A DNA stretch of 62,980 nt, counting the filler, from Bigelowiella natans CCMP2755 (lineage: Eukaryota > Protista > Cercozoa), in assembly GCA_000320545.1 (NCBI GenBank). It is 6 parts of 6 records of this genome, joined end to end, with 100 filler letters (N's around TTAATTAATTAA, not from the genome) between each part and the next. Parts side by side here need not be neighbours in the genome. Positions count along the whole stretch, not along the records: positions 1 to 28,582 come from ADNK01002392.1; 5 more parts are not named here. One strand, written 5' to 3'. The notes under the pieces are model-generated. The model did not search any database, was not told where the DNA came from, and saw nothing but the letters and a program-made list of their open reading frames with translations. The position numbers were made by a program, and so were the translations under genes. Of this stretch, positions 13,740 to 25,279 are shown in pieces (within the stretch, counting starts at the first letter, position 1; each line of letters starts with the position of its first letter).

Positions 13740-15110
13740 TTTGTCGTTACTTCATTAAACATAAATGGAAGGAACAATACCAAATAACTTATCCGATTTC
13801 GGGTATGAATCTTTGTGAAAATGCATGGATTGGGATGTGTGTGCTGTGGCGAATATCATCTTCGTCATTGGTCATTTTATCGATGCGGATCTCTCACCTG
13901 TTGCGGATAAATGTGCGAGTGTGCAGCAGCCCCGTACTTAAAAAAATGTGTGGGTTTTGGGAGGGTGATGGAGGTTATGAGCTAACGATCTATTGACTTG
14001 TATGAATGATAATCAAAGCGTGCATGGCTTTGTAGTTGTTTGGTCTTGACTCTCTTCTGCACGTATCGTCTCAGCTGCTGCTGTGTTAAGCGAATAATGT
14101 CCATATATTTGATGGATTTTCCTTCTCCTCTTACATATAATCCTTTATATGAACGTAGCTGCAGCAAAAGCACAAATACAGCAGCTGCGTTGTATGCTTA
14201 AGACTCGAGAGCGAAGACTAAAGGAAGAACACGGCAGGATAAATCATCTTGAAGTAAGTATAGTCTCATCGTAGACAAAGATGGAGATTATTAGATTATA
14301 TATGCTACGATAGCTTGCCGGATGAATTCCCTTCTCGGGTGACACGTATATCTTGCATCAGCATTTACCATATATTTTGAGAGGAGCATCACAGATTTGC
14401 AAGCTTTTCTTCGGCTGCTGCGTTTTGAATTTATCATCCGATTGATGAATTGTTGCCATAATGTCCACATTGCTGCTGCAGGAATGGAAGGCACGAGTGC
14501 TCACGAAAACCCAAAAGTTGAATAGCATATTTTTGAAAAGTCAGCAGCAGAAGAGACAGAAAGTGGGGGTGGTTGGAGTGGACACGAAAGAGAGGGATGA
14601 TATAGAAACGTCATTAGTAGAAGTAGTAGCTGCAGTTTTAGGGTATTCGTCATCCTACGCCTTTATTCCCTTGATGGTCCAAGAGGAGGAGGACCAGCAG
14701 GAAAACAAGGAAATCATGCCAGCAGATAAAGCAGCAGCAGAGGGGAAAAGGAAAGAAGAAGTTGGGGAAACGATGAGTGAATATGAGGATATCCTCACAT
14801 CCATGCAGCAGCAGGAAGGAGAAGAAGATGATGACAAGGTTTTCTTCCCGCACCAACACACTTGCAGTAGTTTTAGATCGTTGTATGGTATAATTAGCAG
14901 CAGAGACGTACGTACTGGTAGTAGCAGCAATAGATTGAATTTGAAGAGGAATATTTGGTTGTCATCATCATATCATGTAGGGTTATAATCAATCACGAAA
15001 AGAGAGCAGCCGTGCTACAGCATCTGGTGTCTCTTCCCCTTCCTCCTCCTCCTCTTCCTCGAAACGAATGTCAATTATTAACTCCAAAATACGGATACCA
15101 ATGGAGGTAG
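11672..15110 (+). CDS. Multi-exon hypothetical protein, acidic and coiled-coil-rich
   Basis: GT-AG-bounded coding segments, e.g. MDDSDELSHY... (11672), VLERYRYKYTQAQNEIKLRANYMRDMEEDIHSLNER (~12490), AAELVHSQLKIRDTTIESLQSQI (~13637), EWKARVLTKTQKLNSIFLK (~14482). No family recognised. Confidence 0.5.
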
Positions 15111-15273
15111 GTACTGTTCATAATATAAACACGTAAATTAGACCTGAAGATGGCTCGTCGATAGTTAAGAGAATGTATATATAATGTATACTATCGATGT
15201 GGTCAACACTAAAAGGAATTATCTGGGGAAAAAAAGTTCTTCAATATTTTACCTTAACTAAGATTGCATGTAA

Positions 15274-15315
<42 letters not shown>

Positions 15316-15342
15316 ATACATATTCACAGATACTGTTGTGAA

Positions 15343-15383
<41 letters not shown>

Positions 15384-15539
15384 TACATAACAAACTAAGG
15401 AAATCTTTCTCTATCACTGCTTCACCATGTTTATCATCCAAAGAAAAAGGGGGGAAAAAAAGGATCATCATTCTCTTTCTGGAGGACATTATGGCTCACC
15501 AGCTACAAGTGAAGGATTTAGACCAATCGTAATGATGGC

Positions 15540-16640
15540 GTGACCTGAGGCAGCAGTAAACATCACGTCAATTTGTGTGATCTCTTTGGGCGGTACAACT
15601 CCCATGCATTCACTTAATACCACAACATGCATGGAGGCAATAGACATTCTCGAGCAAGCTGCATGCTACTTGTTGCAGTAACAAAATAAGCACATTCAAC
15701 ACATTACAATGCTATCTTCAACATGTCTAGTGACTGACTATGTGGCCACATTGTACGTACATGTCTAGATGTAGTGTCGTATGTGTGAGATGCTTGCCGC
15801 AGTCTATAGCATGCAGGCGCCATGTCTAGATGTGCGAGATCGATGCTATGAAGCTGCATGCGTGCGTACGCACTGATGCGGCATTGATGACAGCAAGGCT
15901 GTGCTCCGCTGAGAGCATGCATCACATCCCTGCTGCGCATATGTGCTCGAGCAAACCAGGGCGAAACTAGCGCAGTCACGCACGTACATGTTCGTAATCC
16001 ATCGGTGCATGCAGGCGTGTGCTAGTGTGTTCCAATGCTTTTGCATTGGCTGAACCTGCATCAGCTAGTCGGGCTAGCGGGACACATAGAAGAGGCTACT
16101 ACTAGAGTAAACATTGCGCCAACTAGCTTCAACATCAGTATGGAACATATTTAGTTCCACATGTTTCATTTGTCACTTATGCACTACTAATGAACTAAAA
16201 ATCTAAAGATGCCACTTTATTATGTGCTAAGAATGTGACTATGACACGTACATGTACGCCCGTGATGCACGATGCAGCATATTATATAAGTAAGGGACCT
16301 CACGTAGATGAGTATGCAACACACATGCTATACATATAGCTAGTTATAGATGTGCAGCCGTTTGTTTTCGCTTCTCTTAAACGTGCCATTATATATATGC
16401 ATGACTAGCTGCTGAATAAACGCATGATGATAACGTGTCTGATTGCATCCATACATGTAATGTAGATAGCTTAATCCCTAGTAGCACACTAGCATAGCCA
16501 TCCAGTACACAGATCGAGCAAACGAAGACTGCCACATGCGCATTGCTAGCACGTACGCATATACACACGCGTACTAGCAGCATCCTCTTGGCCGCTAAGT
16601 ATTAGCAATCTCACGTACAATCTAGTAATGTCATTGTTGG
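15540..16640. other. Intergenic patch, partly TpA-eroded and CTAG-rich
   Basis: Repeated catgtctag(atgt) motif and strong TG/CA enrichment, most marked at ~15800-16100. Confidence 0.55.
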
Positions 16641-18044
16641 TACTTATTATTCGTTCCTTGCAAAAATTAAGACCAAAATCAGCACGATAAATAATCACCG
16701 CCAAGATTATCAGATACAACCGAGGATCTTTATTTAAGCTGTTAAGAGCTAAGTTTATTCATTGGCATCAAAACTATCAATTACACCGTTACACGCTTAT
16801 CATGCGATGATGATACATCCCGGTATGAGATGCATTAGCTTGCCTTCGTGCTTGTGGTGTCGGTCGCTGTAGCAGTAGGTGCTGCAGTGTCTGCTGTTCC
16901 TTGGCCAAAATCTTCCCGATTGCAATGAAGGGCGTCAAACTCTTTTTTCCTGTTACGAATATTCGTATAATTACACACTCAGGAGGCCATTGAAATGACG
17001 ACGATCAATCTGGACATTTTTAGATAGAACATGAGAAGTACGTTATGTTTCCAAGCATCAAATTTTCTAAAGCTATACGCCTCTCCTCCTCATAATTTCT
17101 CCTGATGAGCACAATATGTGTCAGTTCGTCGGGGTTTTCTTTTCATAAACGACGTTATCGGCTGCTTTCAACTTGTTGAATTTGGTTGATTGTTACCTCA
17201 TTTGCTTGTTGTGTAGGTGGATTGTGAGGCCGCCATATCCGAAACTGATCAAATGGGCAATGGTGTTCTCCATTGAAAGTAAAAATTAGCGTATTGCTTC
17301 TTACTAACCCGAAAACAGTGGCCAAAGCAGTAAGCCCCGCCGCAACAAACAGGTTACTTCCGAACCTGGAGATAAACAGTGCTACCTTATGATTTTTTTA
17401 CGATACCTCGCGACGACGACGATTATGATATGATGCTGCTGGTGACGATGATCATGATGATATTTCGAAATAAAGTTGTCGGCATAACAATGGACCTCCT
17501 CCTTCCGCGAGCCATCGTCTCCTGTTTCGACCTGATAACCACGTGAACGATGATGACAAATTGCAGCTTGTGACAGAGATACAAAACAACAAATCTTCCC
17601 TTCGGTGCGGAGCAACACATAGGCTGCATCATCACCCCCTACACTAGTGGAGGCACGTAGGGGGAGGGGGGTGCTCATTACCAGATCAGTGGTGACCGAT
17701 AGCCGATAGCGGCAATTTTGGAATGTCGACGGCACGTCGTCGTTGTTGTTGTTGTTTTTCTCGTGGCATCACCATACGAGGAAAGAAAGAAAGAAAGAAT
17801 GCACTGGATTTCAACAGTGCGACAACAGGAAAATGATGCAAGCCCACTTCGTAGCCCACTGCCACAATTGCCCTGCGCTTGTGCGTCTTGTCGATCAAGG
17901 GATCCGGTTCGGATGTCGATCAATTGATGTCGATTGCGATCGTGTTGCATCATTTCCGAAGCTCAGATGACTTCTGCTTGCACTGATTGCATGTCAATGA
18001 TGTACAAAGTTGATGTTTTGTGTGTGCAGCATGCACAGCACACG

Positions 18045-18335
18045 TGTGACGACGTTGCCACCATCAGTGTCCCTTGGCCAAAAGTGTGCATCAAAGAGTC
18101 TCAAGTGTTGTCCATGTTGAAATCAATCTGTTCGTTTTCATTTGCATCAATGAAATTTGCAAATTTGGGTTCTTAGTTGCACGTGTTTCGTCAATGAGTT
18201 TTGTCATGTCCAAGCTGTGCATCGCATGACTTTGTGTCCCATCGAGTTGTTGCATCCCCAGCCAAACACGTGCACTTGATTCCACATGATCAGGCCATGT
18301 GTGACACTGCGCGTGCGTTGTGCAAGTTCAATGAC
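18045..18335 (-). repeat. Left arm of a diverged ~300-bp inverted repeat (partner 25325-25630)
   Basis: The reverse complement aligns with 25325-25630, e.g. cattgacgaaacacgtgcaa..aagaacccaaatttgca. The ORF track shows IDETRATKNPNLQISLM versus IDETRAMKNPNLHISLM. Confidence 0.85.
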
Positions 18336-18879
18336 GTGGTCAATCATGCTCCATGCAGCTCTTGACACCTTTGATGCATGTGACACGTGCTCTGTTTGTG
18401 CAAACGTGGTCATTCATCATCACTTCACACCCTTGCTAGCTTGCTTTGTGTGTCAATGTTGTTCTCAGTTTTCTCTGAATTTGGATGTGAGGGCATGGCC
18501 TTTTGTGTCCAGAAACATCTCATGAAATTGACCAACAGATTTTGTGATTGCAACTGTGTGTTCGCCCTTTCTTGTTTTTGTTGCTGTGCAATTTGCACAC
18601 TTCCTTTCTGTTGCTCTTTGTGTGCATTTGAAGAGTTCATCGTCTTTGATCTTGTGATTTTTTCCCACTTCTTTTCTTGTGTGCAAGCCTTTTTGGTTTG
18701 AGACAGTGGAGTGATCCACACAAAGTGTGCCCAAATGGAAACTGCACTCAGATCGATTTGTGCATGTCAGCATTGTGTTGATTCAGATTCTTGGACCACG
18801 TTCCTGGATGCTCTCGGTTGGCCGCTGATCAACAACACTGAAACATTCTTCAATTTTGTCGGCTTTGTCATTCATCACG

Positions 18880-19876
18880 ACTCAACATGACAAACAAACA
18901 GAAGCATCTGGGGTCAAATTGCTGGAACCAGAATGTGCAAGGCATGGATGCATGTGACTGCAATTGTTTCTTTGTGCAAAGCAATGACCTTTGACCCATT
19001 GTCACTGCATTTGTCATCAAAATTGCATTCCTTTGTGCCATCACCATCCAAATGAGACCCCTCAACCATGCGAAGACATCTTCTTGTGAGGGCCAACATC
19101 AAAATGCAAATCGCTGCTTTCTTGTCAAGCTTTGCGTGTTTCAGAATTTCAGATGAAAAATCCCGGTGTAGCAATTGATCTTCACAGCCAGCCTCCGACA
19201 AAAGGATCATGTGATTGGTTGCAACCATTTCCAATTTTTTGCTTTCCTCATTCACACTTTTTTCAACATGGTGAACAGTTTGAGTTGCGCAATTGGAAGC
19301 CTGACGCAACACTTCTTTCACATTGCGCACAAAATCCATCGATCTGGTTCATCTTCAATTCCCTGCCTTCAAATTCTTCCTCAAAAGTTTCTGAAGTGAG
19401 GAGGCATCCACAAGGTTTTGTGCAATTGACATCTGGGTGAACAGGATCATTCGTTGCGCGATTGAAACATTGCTGCATCTGCGGGCAGCACCTTTGTTCT
19501 TCGAAAAGATCACAGACATCGTTTGGAATTGAGCCACACAAGGACAGAAAGTGTGGACGATCTGCATCTGTTCTTTTTCTGTTCAAAGAGGGAATGAATT
19601 CAGTGGAAATTTTTTCACACAATGCCCATCTCTCAACATGTTTTTTTGTCCCGCATTCGTTGTTGCTTTTTCTTCGATTCGTTCATCAGCTCTCTTTTGT
19701 TCTTCATCTGACAAAAAACTCAATTTGACTAGTTGTGTGTTTGCATGGTCAAAAATTGTCATGTTCAAACTGTCGCGAAGTGCTGGCATCAATTCACAAA
19801 CTGTCTCTCTCAACCATCTGGTTAAATTTCGGTGAAACCATGCACACTCTTCCACACCAGGATCTTCAAACAGCAA
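18880..19876 (-). pseudogene. Frameshifted 2-oxoglutarate/Fe(II) dioxygenase (PhyH-like)
   Basis: LRDGHCV (back-mutates to DGYY), LLSEAGCEDQLLHRDF (HxD), LMLALT...MVEGSH and, after a frameshift, MHPCLAHSGSSN (distal His). Confidence 0.6.
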
Positions 19877-19941
19877 TCAATCGAAACCAAGTGTCGAAAT
19901 TTTCAGAGAGACAATGGAATGGTTGCACTTGCAATTTTTTG

Positions 19942-20624
19942 TCAGTCCACATGGATGAGCATGCGTGTTGGTTCAGGCACACGTGGGTCGCCATGGATTG
20001 TGTTGTGCCACAGTGACGTGTCAAGTGAACCTGGGTGTGCAGCGTCCATCGAACTGCATGCATGGCCGCACCAGCGCATTTGAATGGGCTGCTTTGCTTG
20101 CCAATTCAGTTCCAGAGTCAGGCAAGTCGAGGGTGTGAGCTCACAAGCTTGACATGAAGGCCAACAAACCAGCGAGAATGCCAGAAGAGGGTGAATGCGC
20201 TCTGTCAAAGTTTTTGCACATCTAGACTCATGTTGGCAAGAATGGAACAGGGCAGAGTGTGGTCCACAGGTGCCGGGCGTGCATCCTGTTGATTCCAGAA
20301 CCAATAGCTCTTCAATTGTCGCCGGTTGCAACACCAGTTGATTTTGGCTTGAGACGCAAAAACGCACTTGAACACAATTGTGCCATTCATTTTGAACAAA
20401 GCAGAATTGTTTCTCTTGTCAGCAAAATGACCTTTCGTTTTGAAGCCAAATTGATTGATCATCTTGAACCCAATGACAATTTTGGTTTGCAGATGAACCA
20501 CGTCAACCGTCCACAAATCATTGATGTCATTCTTCTTGAGGACAATGAGCTCTCTGTGGTCTGGAAATGTCACACCACCTTTCAGTTTGAAATGAACCAA
20601 TGAATTCATTTTTGAGACAAGCAA
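19942..20624 (-). pseudogene. Degenerate coding region with weak SET-domain-like motifs, upstream of and co-oriented with the dioxygenase
   Basis: FGFKTKGHF...ALFKMNGTIV and GPHSALFHSC resemble the SET motifs G.GLFA and GP..F.NHSC. The C-terminal YG motif is not convincing. Confidence 0.3.
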
Positions 20625-21061
20625 TTGCTGTCATTTTCCAGAATGATTGCTCCTTTGATTGAAATGGGGTGGGAACCACTGTCCCAAATTCGGCAACATC
20701 CGGGCGAAATCCGGAGAACGTGTGGACACACATTTTTGGGTGAAATCTGCATTTGACATCGGCCACGCACATTTCGTCCACATTTCGAGCTGTGCAGGGA
20801 AAAATCACCACGAGAAACCCGGACATTTTCAGACCAAAAGCCGGAGATGAGCCGGACAAAAGCCGGACGACACGCACAACACAGATGCCCACGTGATGAA
20901 AAATGAACACATGCAAATGCACACACGTGTCCTGTTCGCATGTGCATGTGTGTGTGTGTGTGTGTGTTTGTTTGTCTTTTGTTGTGACATTCATTCATGT
21001 TTGTCATTCATGTGCATGTCATGTGCTGTTTTCAATTGTTCATTCGTGTGTGTGTGTGCAA

Positions 21062-21103
<42 letters not shown>

Positions 21104-21409
21104 GGGCGTGCGTGCGTGCGTCAGTGTCCAGAGTGTGTGTTGCCTCTGTTTTGTTTGTTCATTGTTGTTGTCATCGTTTTTTTTTTTCAATTTGTGTGTG
21201 TGTTGTTGACGATGTGTGTGTGCGTGTGGGCGTGCGTGCGTGCGTCAGTGTGTGTGTGTGTGAGAGAGTGCACATGTGTGTGTGCACGTGACGTGTCTTG
21301 CCTCTGTTTTGTTCACTTGTCATTGTTGTTGTCATTTTTTTTTTTTCATTTGTGTGTGTGTTGTTGACGATGTTTTCAATTGGTGTTTTGTGTGGATTGA
21401 ATGGGCGTG

Positions 21410-22743
21410 TGTGATGCACGCAGCCCGTCATGCTGCATGATGGACTCAAGTTGAAGAAGATGCTGCTGCCATGCAAGTGCCAGCTCAAGAGGAAGAGGAT
21501 GCAAGAATTTGCCAATCTGGCGAAGATTTGGGTCAGGCACGAAGCATCGGATGTGAGCGCAATGCAAATCTTGGTGAGCAACTTCTCAGGAAGTTGAGAG
21601 CCGGGGGCACATGTGTCGATGCCGTCTCAGAGCACGGTTCTGACAATGACTTTGTGGGTCTTTTCTTGATGGATGGACATGCATTCTGCAACATTCTGCT
21701 CCCGAAGTTTGAGATGCAGTGCAGGAAGAGGGCTGTGCGTCGAAGGGAATCCAAAGATGGTCATGACAATTCCGGCCGGAGACGAAGGGACAAATGTCGG
21801 CATGCATGTCAGGCACTCATCAATGTGTGATGTGCTGTCTAGCTGTGCGTTGGTCACACTGTGTGAGGTTGTGTGTGAGGCATTGCATTTGTGCGTGTTG
21901 CAGGTCAAAAGACAGGGTTTTCACTGTTGAACAAACTTTGGCAATCACTCTTCGGTGCATGGTGGGTGACATTGACGTCAGAGGAAGGCAGCTGGAGAGT
22001 GGACGACACAGAGCAACAGTGGATGGACACATGAACTTTGGCATGGAATGTCTTCTGCACACTGAATGTGAACACCTCGACGTTCGCATGCCGACTGCGG
22101 AGGAGATGAGGCATCTAGCAACAGCCGTGAAGGGCAGATGCATGCAGACAGGTGCGCATTGCGTCGTCGCATCACCCCTGATTGATTGTGCATTTGTTTC
22201 ATCATCACAGCTGTTCACGTCGTGCGTTCCCCAACAATCACAACTGATGTGTTCACATTGTTGTGTGCGCGCTCACTGCAGGTGTTGCACGTGTCCACAG
22301 GAATCAAACACAAGGTGTTGCATGGCGTTTGGGGCTTCATCAAAATTGACGGCACGATGCATGAGTCGCAGCGTCCTGAAGTCGATTCAATCCAGCGGCA
22401 GCATCACAATGGCCATTGCGGAGTGACAGGCCACAAATCTGTCTGCTTGACGAAAGCTGATGGCTGCATTGCTTGGGCCAGGTTGACAAAAGGAATCCTT
22501 TGCGACAACAACATCTGTGCCGGTTTGGAACTGATGCTGCACGAGATCACACCGCCTGGTTCAGGTCTAGCAATTTTGGGAGACAGCGCATTCCGTCAAA
22601 GTGCGTTTTGTCACAGACCCTGCACCGAGCGAGAGATGCCAAACTTGAGGGGGCGCTTGGCTGCTGTGGCCAAGCACAACAAAGAAGTGTTCTGTCTTCG
22701 CACCGCTGCTGAATGGGGAGTCCAAGACGTGAAAACACAGTGG
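21410..22743 (+). mobile_element. PIF/Harbinger (DDE_Tnp_4-type) transposase pseudogene, probably two introns, 3'-truncated
   Basis: DNDFVGLFLMDGHAFCNIL; HTH-like EQTLAITLRCMVG; catalytic motifs WGFIKIDGT, QRP...QRQHHNGHCG, DGCI, LGDSAF, N.....RTAAEWGVQDVK..W. Probable introns ~21797-21903 and ~22134-22300. Confidence 0.85.
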
Positions 22744-22745
22744 CA

Positions 22746-23213
22746 CACACCCGGTGCAAAATTCATGCAATTTTGCAGAATTTTGCACTCATTGTGTTTC
22801 ATCATGCACTTTGATTGATGTTTCATTTTGCACCTGTTTGCACCAGGGTGTGAACATGATGATCTCATGTCAAAACCATTTTCACACTTTGGTGCAAAAA
22901 AGCATCAATTTGCACCATGAATTCAAGCGAATTTCACACCGTGGTGTGAAACTTTTGCAGAATTCACACCAAGTGTGATGCGCATCCACGCTGCGTGTGC
23001 CCTGTGCTGCGGTCGCGCGCGCCTGTTCTCGTGCGTCCGCTCATTGGGGTGTTCCTCAATGCCCGCAGGCAGCTCAGAGCGCAGCGTGCGCCAGCGGCGC
23101 AGCGCATGGACCACGGAGTGAACGTGCCGTGCTGTCAGCGGATCGTCGCGCGCACATGGAAACACTCAATCACACCGCGGTGTGAAATTCAGAAAACATT
23201 TGCACTGGGTGTG
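22746..23213. mobile_element. ~470-bp MITE-like insertion with 15-bp TIRs and an internal array of palindromic motifs
   Basis: Left end cacacccggtgcaaa; reverse complement of the right end is cacacccagtgcaaa (1 mismatch). It begins where the transposase similarity ends. Confidence 0.55.
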
Positions 23214-23367
23214 ATGAGAACAATGAACAATGAACAATGAAGAAAGCGTTGATCAAAACTGCACGCGCCAGAACCACGTGGGAGACAGGCATTTGCACGC
23301 AGCAGAGCCTCAACAACACTCGTTGCAAGGACTTGTCAGCACCCTGTTGGTGAGAGACACCAAAAAA

Positions 23368-23802
23368 TCAGCCGCAACCCATGAAATTGGCAAGGATGCC
23401 GATTGATGGTGTCGTTGAGATGTGAATTGATTGGAACTGAAGCTGGCATCTTGGATGCCGAACAGCAGCAAAATTGTCAAGCAGGACAATGGTTCCACGG
23501 AAAGCCCTGTCGATTTCTTTGTCAGTCGAAGGGACACCAGATGTGGCCCCCAAAGCAAGGCAGAACTTGTCATGGGAAGACATGGCTGAGAAAGCACGCA
23601 ACGTGACCACATCATCATTGGCATCAGGTTGATGACGAGACACCAGGTGACGAATCCTGGTCCAAAAACGGTCTCTGATGTCGCACGTTCCTTGGCAGGA
23701 GAACAAAAGGTGCATCAAGGACATGTCTTCGTGAGAATCGCACAGGGAGCACCAGAGAACATCAAGAAAAACATGGGAGCATCCAATGCACAGGGCCTTC
23801 AC
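23368..23802 (-). mobile_element. 3' fragment of a non-LTR retrotransposon ORF2 (C-terminal CCHC / zf-RVT-like region)
   Basis: WCSLCDSHEDMSLMHLLFSCQGTCDIRDRFW matches the C-x2-C...E...HLLF-x-C...R..FW motif found after LINE reverse transcriptases. Confidence 0.6.
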
Positions 23803-23814
23803 GGCTCACTAACA

Positions 23815-23992
23815 TTTTGGAAATGTAGTTTTTCATCATTAGGTGTGGTCGCATTGACATTTCCGTCGGGTTTTTTGACAAATTATTATTGAGACATAGA
23901 TCTAATCCAAGTTGGCTCGGATTATTTGTCAAAAAACCCAACGGAAATGTCAATGCGACCACACCTAATGATGAAAAACTACATTTCCAAAA
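23815..23992. repeat. Near-perfect foldback: 69-bp arms with a 40-bp loop (MITE-like hairpin)
   Basis: 23815-23883 is the reverse complement of 23924-23992 with one mismatch; CA flanks both sides. Confidence 0.9.
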
Positions 23993-24558
23993 CAATAGAC
24001 CCACCCTTACTCCAATAGTCGTTGTAAAAACTTTTGCGAAAATATCTAATGTTACAAGACATTTGCAGTGGAAATTGTTTTTCCGAGCCAATAAAATAAT
24101 GAAAATGCCCTCAATAATGACATGATAAATGTCTTTATTTTGCGGCTGCCGTTTCTCTCTTTCGTCGTGACGTCTTGTGAACTGCATTTTCCAAGATACC
24201 GAATTACGCAACATCGCAAAACTAGGTACTACATGTGCCACCAAGGCATGGAGGGGGGAGGACGTAACGTGAGGTGCTCGTATTGTTTGACGCGTTGGTC
24301 AGAAAAATAAATTCCGCATGTTTGATATCAAACGGCGGCCATAATTCAAATACGTCCGGTCATCTGGATGTCTTGATCTATCTGCAGTAATCCTCATTAA
24401 TGCAATGATTTGCCGTGAGGCGCGATGTTTCCTAATCTTGAAAGCACTCTTATGCAGAGCATGCGTTCGTGAAACTGTGAAATGCAAGAGACAAACGGAA
24501 GCGTTGAGAGAAACTCGAGTTGGCATTTGGGAACTGAAGCTTTTTGTATGTTCAGAAC

Positions 24559-24885
24559 ATGGGGCAAGTCCAGCTCACAGTGACTCATCATGAGAACTTC
24601 ATCGGAACCACAAAAGCAGCAACCATAACCATCGGGCGCAAAGATGAAGCTCCAGTTTTCACTAAGAAGCTGAGCAGAGAAGCTTTCATGGCCTTCCGGA
24701 CAAAGGTGAGAGCCAGCATTAAAGGCTGGGAGAAATTTGGAGAAGGAAATGAATGCAACAAAGAGGTCGAACGTGATGACGCCAAACATGTGGAGAAAGT
24801 TTTGCAAGAATTATGCATGCTCCTTCCCGAGGAAAAGAAAAAATTGGATGAGTTTCTCAATGGAAAGGAAGGCAAAAAAAACTGA
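24559..24885 (+). pseudogene. Short hypothetical ORF (108 aa), Tyr-free, in a partly TpA-eroded patch
   Basis: Protein-like composition (MGQVQLTVTHHENF...KEVERDDAKHVEKVLQELCMLLPEEKKKLDEFL); almost no TA in the ORF; no family recognised. Confidence 0.35.
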
Positions 24886-25279
24886 GAGACTCTGTGCTGG
24901 ACTGATGTGTGGAATGAGTTGTTTTTTTTTGAACCGTTCTCGTGGAACAATGCTTGTGACATGAAAAAATAAGCATCGAAATCACCTCCGAGCTGTAGGT
25001 AGGAAGGAAGGGGTATGTCTTGAATTATACTGATTGGAGAATGCAATGCAGACGTTATCTCTGCGGCAACAGATCTAGAGATATGAATTCACCATGTGAT
25101 TACAGCAGTTGTTACACAGAACTAGGAAAAAAAATGCGTCAAAGTCAAATGCAAAAGTCACGCAGCATCGACCAAAGTGATTCAAAATCTTCTCGATGTA
25201 GTCATCCTAACACGTACTAGCGCAACAATGTGTAGCTACATGTGAGACGGATGTGATGAATTGTGATTAAACCTTTTCA

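Larger units (their letters stand above)
17860..23810. other. TpA-depleted hypermutated domain covering dead transposable elements
   Basis: Manual count of about 11 TA dinucleotides in 17941-23800. Six-frame ORFs here almost lack Tyr and are Cys/His-rich. CpG is still present. Confidence 0.92.

Noticed and set aside
22923-23165. Resemblance of ENRRARPQHRAHAAWMR to the N.R.R..AYR.F..W motif of P2X7-tail/Kolobok-associated proteins
   Set aside because: Too short, and the required Cys cluster is not visible; kept only as an unidentified internal segment.
22746-23213. Spaced palindromic repeats superficially resembling a CRISPR array
   Set aside because: Repeats are short, degenerate and irregularly spaced; eukaryotic context and no cas genes.
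17934-23892. Dense overlapping Cys/His-rich ORFs in all six frames, which could look like novel metal-binding proteins or overlapping genes
   Set aside because: By-product of TA loss: TAA/TAG stops and Tyr codons are removed, which lengthens ORFs and inflates Cys/His.
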